The notes under the pieces were generated by a model. That model worked only from the letters and a program-made list of their open reading frames with translations, was not told where the DNA came from and made no database searches. A DNA stretch of 64,000 bases, from the NCBI GenBank assembly GCA_963769935.1, contig CAVYNY010000013.1, positions 1 to 64,000 on the forward strand, given 5' to 3'. A program made the translations under genes and the position numbers. The stretch's first letter is position 1; every line of letters begins with the position of its first letter. Source of the DNA: an uncultured delta proteobacterium. Its GTDB lineage: Bacteria > Desulfobacterota > Desulfobacteria > Desulfobacterales > JAFDCJ01. Below, piece by piece: positions 20,469 to 30,169 of the stretch.

Positions 20469-21434
20469 CTATCGAAACCCGCCCTTGCGGTACAAACGCC
20501 ATGCCAACACCCCCATCGCCAGCAGCGGACGGCGCTTTAGCCGCGGTTCGACATCGACCGTGACACCGGAGTGTCTTTGGATCTTCCATAAAATGTAATC
20601 CACCCCGCCCTCGAAAGTGAGGGTGGCTTTCATCAATCTCAGGATGGACAGCAGCTTGCCTTGCACGGACCGCAGCCTCCAGGCCAAACGGCCTCGCAAT
20701 CGCCTCTCCCGTGAGATCCGCAGGCGGTAGCGGATAGTGCCGGCACCGTCATCGATTTCCACAGGATCGGTCATGGCACCCATCGCCAAACGGGTGACTT
20801 CTTCATAGTAATCCGGCGCTGCGTCATACAAACGGGCCCTTTTTTCCGGTTTTTCGGATCTTAACTCGGCCCCGTAAGAAAGCGCCAGACCCCGGCTCCA
20901 TAACTGCCTGGCCGTGAATTCATGCGAAACCATGGGCAGCACACGGGAGATAAAAGTCATCACCGACTGCGCAAAGCCCTGTTGGACCAGTTCTTTCACA
21001 TCATCATTGCGGGCATAAAGCAAAACGGTCGGCTGGCAAAACCGCCCCCACAGATAGGAATGAAACCAGCGCAGCGAGGTCCCTTTCTGAAAGTCCGCCA
21101 GTGACAGGACCGCATATTTGGTTCGCACCGGACTTCCCTTGAACTCACGCTCCAGGTAATAAACATTGGGCGGCAGCAGCGCGTTTAAAAAAGCCTGCCT
21201 TTGGCTTTTGAACGCCTTGCGGTAATCGTCCACCAGCAGGTAGAGATCCACCAGTCCGTCAAGCTCATCGCCCGACCGCAGGCAGGAGCCGTAAAACAGG
21301 ACTCCCAGGGCGGCCTCACCGTGGCGCGCCAGGATTTCGTCGATCAGAACACGTACCGCGGGCGAGGCTGTGCGCTCGGATTTACGGCTGATGGCGATCA
21401 ACAGCTGATCAGGTATTTCCATAATTACATTCAT
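20469..21434 (-). CDS. Nucleotidyltransferase-fold protein, CpgC-like (sphingolipid cluster)
   Basis: LFYGSCLR..DLYLLVDDY (GS-DxD Pol-beta NTase motif), LPPNVYY, WGRFCQP, AELRSE and KATLTFEGGVDY..WKI.RHSG. Confidence 0.65.
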   Translation of the reverse strand: MNVIMEIPDQLLIAISRKSERTASPAVRVLIDEILARHGEAALGVLFYGSCLRSGDELDGLVDLYLLVDDYRKAFKSQRQAFLNALLPPNVYYLEREFKGSPVRTKYAVLSLADFQKGTSLRWFHSYLWGRFCQPTVLLYARNDDVKELVQQGFAQSVMTFISRVLPMVSHEFTARQLWSRGLALSYGAELRSEKPEKRARLYDAAPDYYEEVTRLAMGAMTDPVEIDDGAGTIRYRLRISRERRLRGRLAWRLRSVQGKLLSILRLMKATLTFEGGVDYILWKIQRHSGVTVDVEPRLKRRPLLAMGVLAWRLYRKGGFR

Positions 21435-21631
21435 AAAAAAGAAACGGTGCCGCCATATTTCCCATTAATAGGCGCCTGTTGATCGGCAGGTAACTGTCCG
21501 GCCGGCATGGGACCGTGTTCAAGATTCAACCTTTTTATAGACCAAAACCTTTAATTATTCATTCTGCAATATTCACTATTCAATTTCCACGGCCGGTTGC
21601 ATTCTGCGGCTGATTACTATATTAAGCACGA

Positions 21632-22645
21632 ATGGTTGCAAGGGAATCTGATAGCACCTTTAACATCATCAATCAATCCTTGGGAGTTGACGGCCAATCC
21701 GGAAAGCCTATCCTCACCCTGGCTCATCTTTCCGATCCTCACATATCCTGCATGCACGCCTTCAGGGCCCGGCATCTTTTCAGCAAACGGCTGTTCGGCT
21801 TTTTAAAATGGAATTTGCATCGCGGCCGGGAACACGGGATCAAGGTTTTGGAAGCTTTGCAAAATGACCTGACACAGATCCGACCCGACCAAATCGCCGT
21901 CACCGGCGATCTGACCCATCTGAGCCTGCCGGCCGAATTTAAGGCAGCTCGGCAGTGGTTGCAGACGTTGGGTCCACCGGAGAAAGTAATGGTTGTCCCC
22001 GGCAATCACGATGCCTACGTCAAGGACGGCTGGCGGGAAAACCTGGCCCACTGGACCGATTATATGCTTTCGGATAATACCCAAGTCGGTCAAAATGGCG
22101 CCGAAAACCCCGTCGCCATTTTCCCCAGCCTACGCATCCGCGGCACGGTCGCCCTGATCGGGGTGTGCACCGCCCGGCCCAGTGCTCCGCATCTGGCGGT
22201 CGGCAGCATCGGCGCACCGCAAATGCAGAAATTAGCGTCCATCTTAGCCGCTGCGGCCGAACAGCAGCTTTTTCGAGTGATCCTCATTCACCACCCCCCG
22301 GCTTCCGGCACCGTCAGCTGGCGCAAACGGCTTACCGATGCGGCTGCCCTGCAGTTGCTTCTGGAGCGCTATGGATCCGAATTGATCCTGCACGGTCACG
22401 CCCATCGCCATCTTCAAAACTTTTTAACAACTCCGGCCGGCCAAGTGCCGGTTATGGGCGCGCCATCGGCCTCGTCCCTCAGCCGCATCCCGCAGCGTCG
22501 GGCCCGTTATTACATTTACCGGATCACTGCCGGCGCAAACAGCTATGATGTGAGCGTTGCCGTGCGCATCTATTCACAAGAAGAAAATCGTTTCATCCAG
22601 GAGGGTGAGCAGTCGTTTAGCAGAACTCATTGGCACGCCCTTTAA
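21632..22645 (+). CDS. Calcineurin-like metallophosphoesterase
   Basis: AHLSDPH, TGDLT, PGNHD, HHPP and LHGHAH. Confidence 0.88.
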   Translation: MVARESDSTFNIINQSLGVDGQSGKPILTLAHLSDPHISCMHAFRARHLFSKRLFGFLKWNLHRGREHGIKVLEALQNDLTQIRPDQIAVTGDLTHLSLPAEFKAARQWLQTLGPPEKVMVVPGNHDAYVKDGWRENLAHWTDYMLSDNTQVGQNGAENPVAIFPSLRIRGTVALIGVCTARPSAPHLAVGSIGAPQMQKLASILAAAAEQQLFRVILIHHPPASGTVSWRKRLTDAAALQLLLERYGSELILHGHAHRHLQNFLTTPAGQVPVMGAPSASSLSRIPQRRARYYIYRITAGANSYDVSVAVRIYSQEENRFIQEGEQSFSRTHWHAL

Positions 22646-23592
22646 TGGGTAACCCGGCTCCCGTGCTTCTTACGCCGGCGGGCGGCCCATTCCGGGTAAA
22701 GCTGGGGATAGGTCTTTTTCCAGGGTCTTTGAAACCAGATCCACTGATCGGGATAGCGGCGGATCATGGCTTCCATCGCGTCCACCATTTTTTGGGTATT
22801 TGTCCGCAAATCAGCTCTCAGGTCCCCGGTTTTCTCCATTTTGAGGGGTGGAGCGATATGAATCGTGAGGGAACCATCCGGTTCTCTGCTGCAAAAAATT
22901 GGAATAACCGGACTCTTACAGCGCATCGACAGCATAGCTGCGGCAGGGGTTACGGTGGCCCGATGGCCAAAGAACATAACCTCAATGGCCTGTTTGTGCC
23001 GACTCTGGTCAAGGGTCAAGGCGAGAATCTCGCCATTGCGGAGGATTTGTCTCATCTCAGGCAACGCACCTTTTTTGAAAATAATCTTGTTGCCAAAGCG
23101 GGTGCGCAAACGATAAAACCAGCGATCCAGCCTGGGCAGCCGGAGGTGCCTGGCCACCCCGGTCAAAGGCCGCCCAAGATAACACCCAAAATATATAAAC
23201 CCGAGTTCCCAGTTCGCCAGGTGGGCTGAAAATACGACAGCCCCCCGGTTTTGCTTGAGAGCGTTGACGAGATGTTCCAACCCCTGCAAATGTTTGACCG
23301 CATCCAAGAGTTGTTCCCGGGAAAAACAAGCCATTTGCCAAATTTCCAGAAAAGTGATTCCGGCATTTTTGAAAACTTCTTTGCGCAGCTCGCTGATTTG
23401 ATGCCGGGACCAATCGGGATAGCAAAATTGCAGATTGCGTCTTACCAGCCGCCGATGGGGCCCATCCAGAAAATACATCAGAATTCCCAGCAGCCTGCCC
23501 GTCTTCACAATATGGCGTTTGGGGATATTGGCGATGAAGGTACGCAGCACTTTATGGTCCTGGGCTTGTCGAGTCATAGGGATTGTCAACAA
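22642..23592 (-). CDS. LpxL/HtrB-family lipid acyltransferase
   Basis: SAHLANWE, LTLDQ, FFGHRA and IRRYPDQWIWFQRPWK. Confidence 0.85.
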   Translation of the reverse strand: MLTIPMTRQAQDHKVLRTFIANIPKRHIVKTGRLLGILMYFLDGPHRRLVRRNLQFCYPDWSRHQISELRKEVFKNAGITFLEIWQMACFSREQLLDAVKHLQGLEHLVNALKQNRGAVVFSAHLANWELGFIYFGCYLGRPLTGVARHLRLPRLDRWFYRLRTRFGNKIIFKKGALPEMRQILRNGEILALTLDQSRHKQAIEVMFFGHRATVTPAAAMLSMRCKSPVIPIFCSREPDGSLTIHIAPPLKMEKTGDLRADLRTNTQKMVDAMEAMIRRYPDQWIWFQRPWKKTYPQLYPEWAARRRKKHGSRVTH

Positions 23593-23812
23593 GTGAATTT
23601 CAGGTTAAATTAGCGTTTGCCATCCGATACGGGTGCGTTTTTTACCAGATACCGAATGGAGTGTCAACGCATGTATTCGCAACCCGGCGGCGCAAAACTC
23701 CATCCCGCCACCTTTTTCTTGCTTGCTAAACGATTAATAAACGGTTATGATTTGCATTTTGAATTTTAACACGTAGTGACGGTATATATTGTTAGAAAAA
23801 AGGAAAAGAGAT

Positions 23813-25033
23813 ATGCCTGCCGAAATAAACCATTTGGATTATTATCGCCTTCCGTGGAATTACGCCGACAACGGTATTTCCTGGCTGGAACCGACCACCG
23901 ACTGCAACCTGCGATGTGAAGGCTGTTACCGGGACCCACGCGGCCACGGTCACAAAACATTGGAAGAGGTTAGGGCCGATCTGGATGTCTTTAAAAAGCT
24001 GCGGAAAAGCGATTGCATGAGTATTGCCGGAGGAGATCCGCTCGTTTACCCCCAGATTGTCGAACTGGTTTCCATGATAAAAGACATGGGTTGGAAGCCG
24101 ATTATCAACACCAACGGTCTGGCCCTGGATGAAAAGCTGCTCTGGAAACTCAAAAAAGCCGGTGTATTCGGCTTTACCTTTCACATCGACACCAGCCAGA
24201 AGCGCCCGAAAGTCACCGCCGCAACAGAAACCGGGCTCAACGAGCTGAGGCTGCATTATGCCGAAATGCTGGCAAAGGTCGGCGGAATCGCCTGTTCGTT
24301 CAACGCCACGATTTCGGATAAAACAGTTCATGAAATTCCTGAATTGGTGCGCTGGGCCCAGGGGCATGCGGATATTGTGCACACCATGGTTTTTATTCTG
24401 TTTCGATCTCCAAGCCTGACCGGAAACTTCGATTTTTATGCCAATGGGGTAAAAATAGAAGCCCTGGACACCTATAAAGAATCCGAATGGGGCGGCGCAC
24501 ATACCCTGATGGCGCCGGATATTGTCGAGAAGATCCGGGAAGCCGATCCGATGTATGAACCGGCAGCTTATCTGAACGGAACCGCCAACCCGGATTCGTT
24601 CAAGTGGCTGCTGGCCAACCGCATCGTTTTCAATGGTAAAACCATGGGCTATGTGTCACCCCGATTTATGGAACTGGTGCAAACCTTTGATCACCTGTTC
24701 ACTGGAACTTACCTGGCATATGCCGATCCAAAAAGTGTGTCCAGAGGCAAACTGGCAGCCTTTTTTTTCGGTCTGGTGGATAAACAAATGCGAAAGATCT
24801 TTTTCAATATCCTGAAAGGATCCCTAATCAATCCGCTTAAATTTTTTCGATCAGCGTATATACAGAGTTTTATGATTATTCAACCGGTTAATTTTGAGCC
24901 CGACGGCAGACAGGATATGTGTGACAGCTGCCCGGACATTACGGTTCATGACGGGAAGCTCATGTGGAGTTGCCGTCTGGAGGAAGTGAAAAACTTTGGG
25001 GCCTTTGTTCAGTCGGTACCGGTAAAAAAATAA
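23813..25033 (+). CDS. Radical SAM enzyme of unknown function
   Basis: CNLRCEGC (CxxxCxxC), AGGDPL and INTNG, plus extra C-terminal cysteines MCDSCPD...SCRLEE. Confidence 0.88.
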   Translation: MPAEINHLDYYRLPWNYADNGISWLEPTTDCNLRCEGCYRDPRGHGHKTLEEVRADLDVFKKLRKSDCMSIAGGDPLVYPQIVELVSMIKDMGWKPIINTNGLALDEKLLWKLKKAGVFGFTFHIDTSQKRPKVTAATETGLNELRLHYAEMLAKVGGIACSFNATISDKTVHEIPELVRWAQGHADIVHTMVFILFRSPSLTGNFDFYANGVKIEALDTYKESEWGGAHTLMAPDIVEKIREADPMYEPAAYLNGTANPDSFKWLLANRIVFNGKTMGYVSPRFMELVQTFDHLFTGTYLAYADPKSVSRGKLAAFFFGLVDKQMRKIFFNILKGSLINPLKFFRSAYIQSFMIIQPVNFEPDGRQDMCDSCPDITVHDGKLMWSCRLEEVKNFGAFVQSVPVKK

Positions 25034-25193
25034 AAATGGGGCCAGATGTCGGAAAGCCCTGCGCCGCTAAGGCCGCCAGGGGAGTGCGAAAACCGCCAAC
25101 AACGCAAAACCTGTTTGCCGCCCGCTGAGGGCGATAGGCAGGTTTGCTGTCGTATCTGCGCGATAGCTTCAAGTGATATGTGCCCGGGCATGG

Positions 25194-26255
25194 TTACAGA
25201 CGCAAGAATGATGCCTGCCCGCCTTCCTGCAACGTCACAGGACCGCAGCCGGCATCCGGCATGTACAACTCTCCGTCCAAGGTAAAACCGCCTCGAAAAA
25301 CCAGCTCTATTTCACGGGCGTTATGGCTGAGGTAGCCGTGTTCCGTTCCGGGGTGTCGGCTGTTGCGACCGCAGGCCAGGCCGAGTATCGTCCTCAGTAA
25401 ATACCGCGGATGGGCGTTCAAAGCGGTGAACCGCAACGCCCCGTCTTCACAGCCCCAGTAAGGGCGAAGTCCTAAAATGAGCTTTTCAAGAGTGCTGATG
25501 AGCACCAGCAGGCATTGCTGCCCAGCCACCCGTTTTCCATCCAGGCCGATGTCCATGTGCACCGGGTTGACAACATCCTTGTTTTTAGCGGCAAGCGCCA
25601 GCAGGTAGCATCCTAAAATCAACGCCTGGGCTGATCGGCCGCGCAGCCCCCAGGTTTTAACCCGGTCGTGAAAAAACCGGATAGCCTGATAAATTAGGCC
25701 CGTACCGAAAAACAGTCCGAATAGCGGCTCCGAAAATCCCGGCGCCTGCACCTGCAGCACCGTCCGCTGTTCGACGACCGGGTCGGCAGTACCGGTGGAT
25801 GCCCAGCCCAGCAGCCTGTGCATGGCTGTTTCCAGGGACCCTCTCAGCCCCAGATCCTTTGCCAGCATGTTGGCCGTACCCCCCGGTAATAGAGCCAGCA
25901 GGGGCAGCGAGTCAAACGGACAGCGATTAAACAGCGCGGTCAGCAAGGCATGCACGGTCCCGTCCCCGCCGTTTACCGCCAGGATATCCACCTCCTGTTC
26001 AGCGAAACGGGTCAGTGCCAGTTGAATATCCGCCGGTGTCTGGACTTTGTGATGCAGTACTCGCGAATAGCCGGCCATCACTTTTTTCACCGGATCCAGG
26101 CCGTTTCGGTTAGCTCCGCTCAGCGGGTTGCTGAGTACGCCAACCTTGAGCATTCGATCGGAAAGCGGCCGATGGTTCACGCAACCCGGCATGCTTTCTG
26201 TTGGCAGTTGAACCTTCTGCGCCTGACTGCTTAAGCGGTTCGCATTCATAATCAT
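25194..26255 (-). CDS. DAG-kinase-family lipid kinase, CpgB (ceramide kinase)-like
   Basis: LSNPLSG, NGGDGTV, LPGGTANMLAKDLG and FTLDGE; sits in the sphingolipid cluster. Confidence 0.8.
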   Translation of the reverse strand: MIMNANRLSSQAQKVQLPTESMPGCVNHRPLSDRMLKVGVLSNPLSGANRNGLDPVKKVMAGYSRVLHHKVQTPADIQLALTRFAEQEVDILAVNGGDGTVHALLTALFNRCPFDSLPLLALLPGGTANMLAKDLGLRGSLETAMHRLLGWASTGTADPVVEQRTVLQVQAPGFSEPLFGLFFGTGLIYQAIRFFHDRVKTWGLRGRSAQALILGCYLLALAAKNKDVVNPVHMDIGLDGKRVAGQQCLLVLISTLEKLILGLRPYWGCEDGALRFTALNAHPRYLLRTILGLACGRNSRHPGTEHGYLSHNAREIELVFRGGFTLDGELYMPDAGCGPVTLQEGGQASFLRL

Positions 26256-26453
26256 CTCTTATACAGGCATTTGTCCGGCAAGACAACCGGTAAATATATA
26301 TCTGAGATTGAGAGACTGGCGGGGGGACGATCAAGAATACCGATATGTTCAAGACTCAGAAATGGATTTGACATGACGCGGGGTGGAATTTGTGTTTTGA
26401 TGTCAGGCTCGTCAAAAATAATTTGTTCAATCGCTTAATCCGGCGGGTCCGAG

Positions 26454-26942
26454 CTAGCTATTTTCATTCTCGAGTTTAAGTCCCAGCGTTTTATCAAAAA
26501 AGCCAATGGCATTTTTTAGTATATCATGAAAATTTTCGACCTGATCGGGAGATAAACCAAGGGAGACTGCAATTGTGCTGAAAACATCCGCATGGCTGCG
26601 TTTGATTTCTATTAAAACCTGTTTGCCCTTTTCGGTCAAGGAAACAGTTGTCACCCTTTGATTTTCCGGCAGAATCGTTTTGTCGACGAGTTTTTTGTCT
26701 TTCCACAGTTTGGTAATCGTCGTAGATATCGTGCTGTTGCTGACCGAAGGGTATAAGCTGCCGATTTCGGATATGCTCATACTGCCTTTCATACCGAGCA
26801 GCTCAATGATCAGACTCTCGCGGTCTGTTAAATCACCTACCTTTTGCTCTGATACCTTCGAGGCAATGTATAACCGCACCCGGAAGGCCATATCATAAAT
26901 CAGCGATTCTGTGCTCTTTCCCATCTGTTCCCTTAAAGTCAA
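26454..26942 (-). CDS. MarR-family winged-helix regulator
   Basis: LTDRESLI, STISTTITKL..KKLV and QRVTTVSLTEKGKQ. Confidence 0.85.
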   Translation of the reverse strand: MTLREQMGKSTESLIYDMAFRVRLYIASKVSEQKVGDLTDRESLIIELLGMKGSMSISEIGSLYPSVSNSTISTTITKLWKDKKLVDKTILPENQRVTTVSLTEKGKQVLIEIKRSHADVFSTIAVSLGLSPDQVENFHDILKNAIGFFDKTLGLKLENENS

Positions 26943-27315
26943 AACCGAATGAAAATACTATTAAAAACTATAAAAATTAGAATAAAATCCCAATGCTCCC
27001 AAAAAGACGAGAACTACGACATTCATGGGGGGGGGATGAAGCCACCTGCAATTTAGTTTGATTTTGAAACCGAACTCGAATATTATTTATATTACAAAAA
27101 ATATGGTTTGTAAAGAGTTCTTCTTCAAAAATTAAAATAAATTTAATAATTTTATAATTAAAATATTTTATTATAATATATTTAGGAATTTGAATTAATA
27201 AGTTGTAAATCATATGCACAAATGAAGTGGTTTTGTAATGACCGCCTTGCCGAATGGACTCCTTGCAGCCTGAACGGTGAAATCCGGGCTTGCGAGCGCT
27301 TAGGCGTTTTCCATA

Positions 27316-27344
27316 TTGACCTCGTCCTGCCGGCTGTGTATCAT
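27316..27344 (+). promoter_or_regulatory. Sigma70-type promoter for the bCerS-like operon
   Basis: TTGACC-N17-TATCAT, with TG upstream of the -10 box. Confidence 0.55.
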
Positions 27345-27404
27345 GGCTTGCATAAGCAACCGTGAAGGGTAAATCTGCCCATGATTCAGAGCGAGGACAT
27401 TAGC

Positions 27405-28580
27405 ATGAAACCTGAATTCCAGCTGCAGGACCGTACGCCTGATAAGACCAGCGAAACATTTAAAATTGTTAAAGTGGAGAGCCGGAACGCTCTAAAAGAT
27501 TTTATTTGCCTGCCGTGGTCGCTTTACGTTGAAGATCCGATGTGGGTCCCCCCCCTGCTGCTTGAACGTCGACAGCATCTTTCTCCGAAAAATCCGTATT
27601 TTGAACATGCCGAATTTTGCTCCTGGATTACATACCGCAACGGCGTACCGGTGGGACGGATCAGTGCGCAAATCGACCGGCTTCATATCGATCGTTATCA
27701 GGACGCTACCGGTTTTTTTGGGATGCTGGAGGCAGAGGACAATCCCCTTATTTTCAGCAGCTTGCTGGATACTGCGGAAAGTTGGCTGCGCGGTCAGGGA
27801 ATGCGAAGAATCTGCGGTCCTTATAATCTGTCCATCAATCAGGAACTGGGATTGTTGGTGGACGGATTTGACTCACCGCCGTCACTGATGATGGGTCATG
27901 CCCGCCCCTATTATGCCACGAGGATTGAAGAAAATGGGTATCGGAAAGAAAAGGACCTGCTGGCTTATATCATAAATTCCGATTTTAAGATGTCTGCAGC
28001 CGCCAAACGAATTGCTTCAACGACCAAAGGTCGAATCAACATCAGAAGGCTGCAGAAATCCAATTTTGCAAATGAATTGGAAACAATAAGGGACATTTTT
28101 AATGATGCCTGGTCACAGAATTGGAATTTTGTTCCATTCACCAACGCAGAATTCGAACATCTGGGTAAGGATTTAAAAATGTTGGCCGACGAAGAGTTGG
28201 TGAAAATTGCCGAAGTAGACGGAAAACCGGCTGCCTTTATTGTTGTTCTTCCGAATATCAATGAAATCATCCGGGATCTTAACGGCAGGCTGTTACCCTT
28301 CGGCTGGCTAAAAATGTTGTGGCGTTTAAAAGTAAAATACCCGCAGACTGCCCGGATTCCCCTGATGGGCGTTCGCCGCCGTTTTCACGACAGCCTGATG
28401 GGTGCTGCCCTGGCATTCGGGGTAATCGCTGGTACTCAGCAACCCGCCATACAACGAGGCCTGAAAGAAGTGGAGCTTTCCTGGATCCTCGAAGATAATA
28501 TGGGAATGCGAAACATAATTGAATCCATCAGCGGACGTGTTTATAAAACATATCGCGTTTACAGCAAGCAGCTTTTATAA
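27405..28580 (+). CDS. Bacterial ceramide synthase (bCerS)-like GNAT N-acyltransferase
   Basis: WVPPL, GRISAQID, GFFGMLEAED, SINQELGLLVDGF..MMGHARPYY, FNDAWSQNWNF and ELSWILEDN; linked to spt. Confidence 0.8.
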   Translation: MKPEFQLQDRTPDKTSETFKIVKVESRNALKDFICLPWSLYVEDPMWVPPLLLERRQHLSPKNPYFEHAEFCSWITYRNGVPVGRISAQIDRLHIDRYQDATGFFGMLEAEDNPLIFSSLLDTAESWLRGQGMRRICGPYNLSINQELGLLVDGFDSPPSLMMGHARPYYATRIEENGYRKEKDLLAYIINSDFKMSAAAKRIASTTKGRINIRRLQKSNFANELETIRDIFNDAWSQNWNFVPFTNAEFEHLGKDLKMLADEELVKIAEVDGKPAAFIVVLPNINEIIRDLNGRLLPFGWLKMLWRLKVKYPQTARIPLMGVRRRFHDSLMGAALAFGVIAGTQQPAIQRGLKEVELSWILEDNMGMRNIIESISGRVYKTYRVYSKQLL

Positions 28581-28622
28581 AATCGATTTTATAGAATTCC
28601 CCCAATCCAACAAAAAATTGCA

Positions 28623-29438
28623 ATGACAACTCCCCAAACTAAATTTACCGCCCTGGTGCTGGCCGCAGACCGTGGACCGGATGATCCGGTTGCCCGGGCT
28701 GCGGGTGTTTCATGCAAATGTTTGACGCCGGTCAACGGCAGCCCGATGGTCTTTCGCGTACTGAACGCACTTGACGCTTCCAGGGAAATAGGTTGGAAAA
28801 TTTTGTGCGGCCCGCCTGAATCCATACTGGACCAGGAGGCTGACCTCAGGGGTCTCATTGCCGCCGGGAAAGTAAAATGGTTTGCAAACCAGGCGACACC
28901 AAGTTCAAGTGCCTATTATGTTCTGCAAACCCTGCCGGATGAGGTCCCGGTCTTGTTAACGACCGCCGATCATGCCATGTTAAGCGACCGGGTGGTCGAC
29001 TATTTTTGCAGCGGGGCAAGAGCCACGGGATGCGATGTGGTGGTCGGGGTTGCCCGGCACGAGCTGGTGCTGAAAGCCTACCCTCAAACCCGCAGAACCG
29101 CAACGCGACTGGAAGATGGTGCCTACTGCGGCTGTAATCTGTTTGCCTTCCTAACCCCTCGCGCCCGCCGGGCGGCAGATTTCTGGCGCCGCGTCGAGGC
29201 TCAGCGCAAAAGCCCTTTGCGCATGATTCGAGTTCTGGGCTGGGGAGCAGTTTCACGCTATTTGATGGGAAGACTTTCCCTGGATGAAGCCTTGAAGCGG
29301 GTATCGCGCCGTCTTGGATTTAAAGCCGGTGCCGTTATCATGCCTTTTGCCGAAGCGGCTGTGGATGTCGACTCGGTTGAAGACTGGAAACTGGTGGAGC
29401 GGTTGGCGGCCGAAAAGGTAAAGTCGGGCGAGAAATGA
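28623..29438 (+). CDS. MobA-like nucleotidyltransferase, CpgD-like
   Basis: ALVLAADRG..DPVA..KCL, LLTTADHAML, YCGCNLF, RRVEAQRKSP and AAVDVD. Confidence 0.75.
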   Translation: MTTPQTKFTALVLAADRGPDDPVARAAGVSCKCLTPVNGSPMVFRVLNALDASREIGWKILCGPPESILDQEADLRGLIAAGKVKWFANQATPSSSAYYVLQTLPDEVPVLLTTADHAMLSDRVVDYFCSGARATGCDVVVGVARHELVLKAYPQTRRTATRLEDGAYCGCNLFAFLTPRARRAADFWRRVEAQRKSPLRMIRVLGWGAVSRYLMGRLSLDEALKRVSRRLGFKAGAVIMPFAEAAVDVDSVEDWKLVERLAAEKVKSGEK

Positions 29439-29773
29439 CGATTTTTAGACTGAGCCAACCATTATATTCAGTATTCCATTATTCCAGAGGTTCTCTGACG
29501 GCAAACCCCACCCCTCTCTCCGAGCTGTAGGCTCTACGAGCCGGAAGCTGGGGTGAAGTCAATGCCTGGCCCTCTGGGCCCGGATTTTTTGCTTTCTATT
29601 AACTATCAACAAGTAGGTAAACCCAAGTAGGTAAACCCACCATCAACTTAAACAATTGAAACTTCTGACCATAATTTTTTAATATGAAACATTTTTATTT
29701 CTAAATTATATAAAATTAAAATATTTTATTTTATAAATATAATTTTATGCCAAAATATTTTTCTATTAAAATC

Positions 29774-29802
29774 TTGACAATCCGAATTGATCGAACTATC
29801 AT
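29774..29802 (+). promoter_or_regulatory. Sigma70-type promoter
   Basis: TTGACA-N17-TATCAT in the AT-rich region upstream of the acyl-AMP ligase operon. Confidence 0.6.
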
Positions 29803-29903
29803 TACAATAATTTTATGAGCTATTAAATCCGGGAATGGATAATTCAGGACACTCGGAGGCTGATAATAGAATAGCCCCATTATATTAAAATTATAATAAT
29901 TTT

Positions 29904-29919
29904 TGGCATAATTATTGCT
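29904..29919 (+). promoter_or_regulatory. Sigma54 (-24/-12) promoter
   Basis: TGGCAT-AATTA-TTGCT, with GG and GC exactly 12 nt apart. Confidence 0.6.
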
Positions 29920-30169
29920 TATACTTTACAGTTTTTAAAATCCGTGTTAGGCTTTGGTTTAAATTAATTGGTTCATTGCAAAATAAGCATGTCAGGTATT
30001 TGACATTTAAATTTAAATCAGGTATTAGCCACATCGGCAGAAATTTTCTGTCTGAAATGGCAAAGATACAAAAAATTCAGAGGTAAGTTGCAGATGTCAG
30101 GTTGAGGCGAATATTCCGGGGAGGGAATCGCTGACCTGACTTGACCGGACATAGGAGGCTTTAGTTGCT

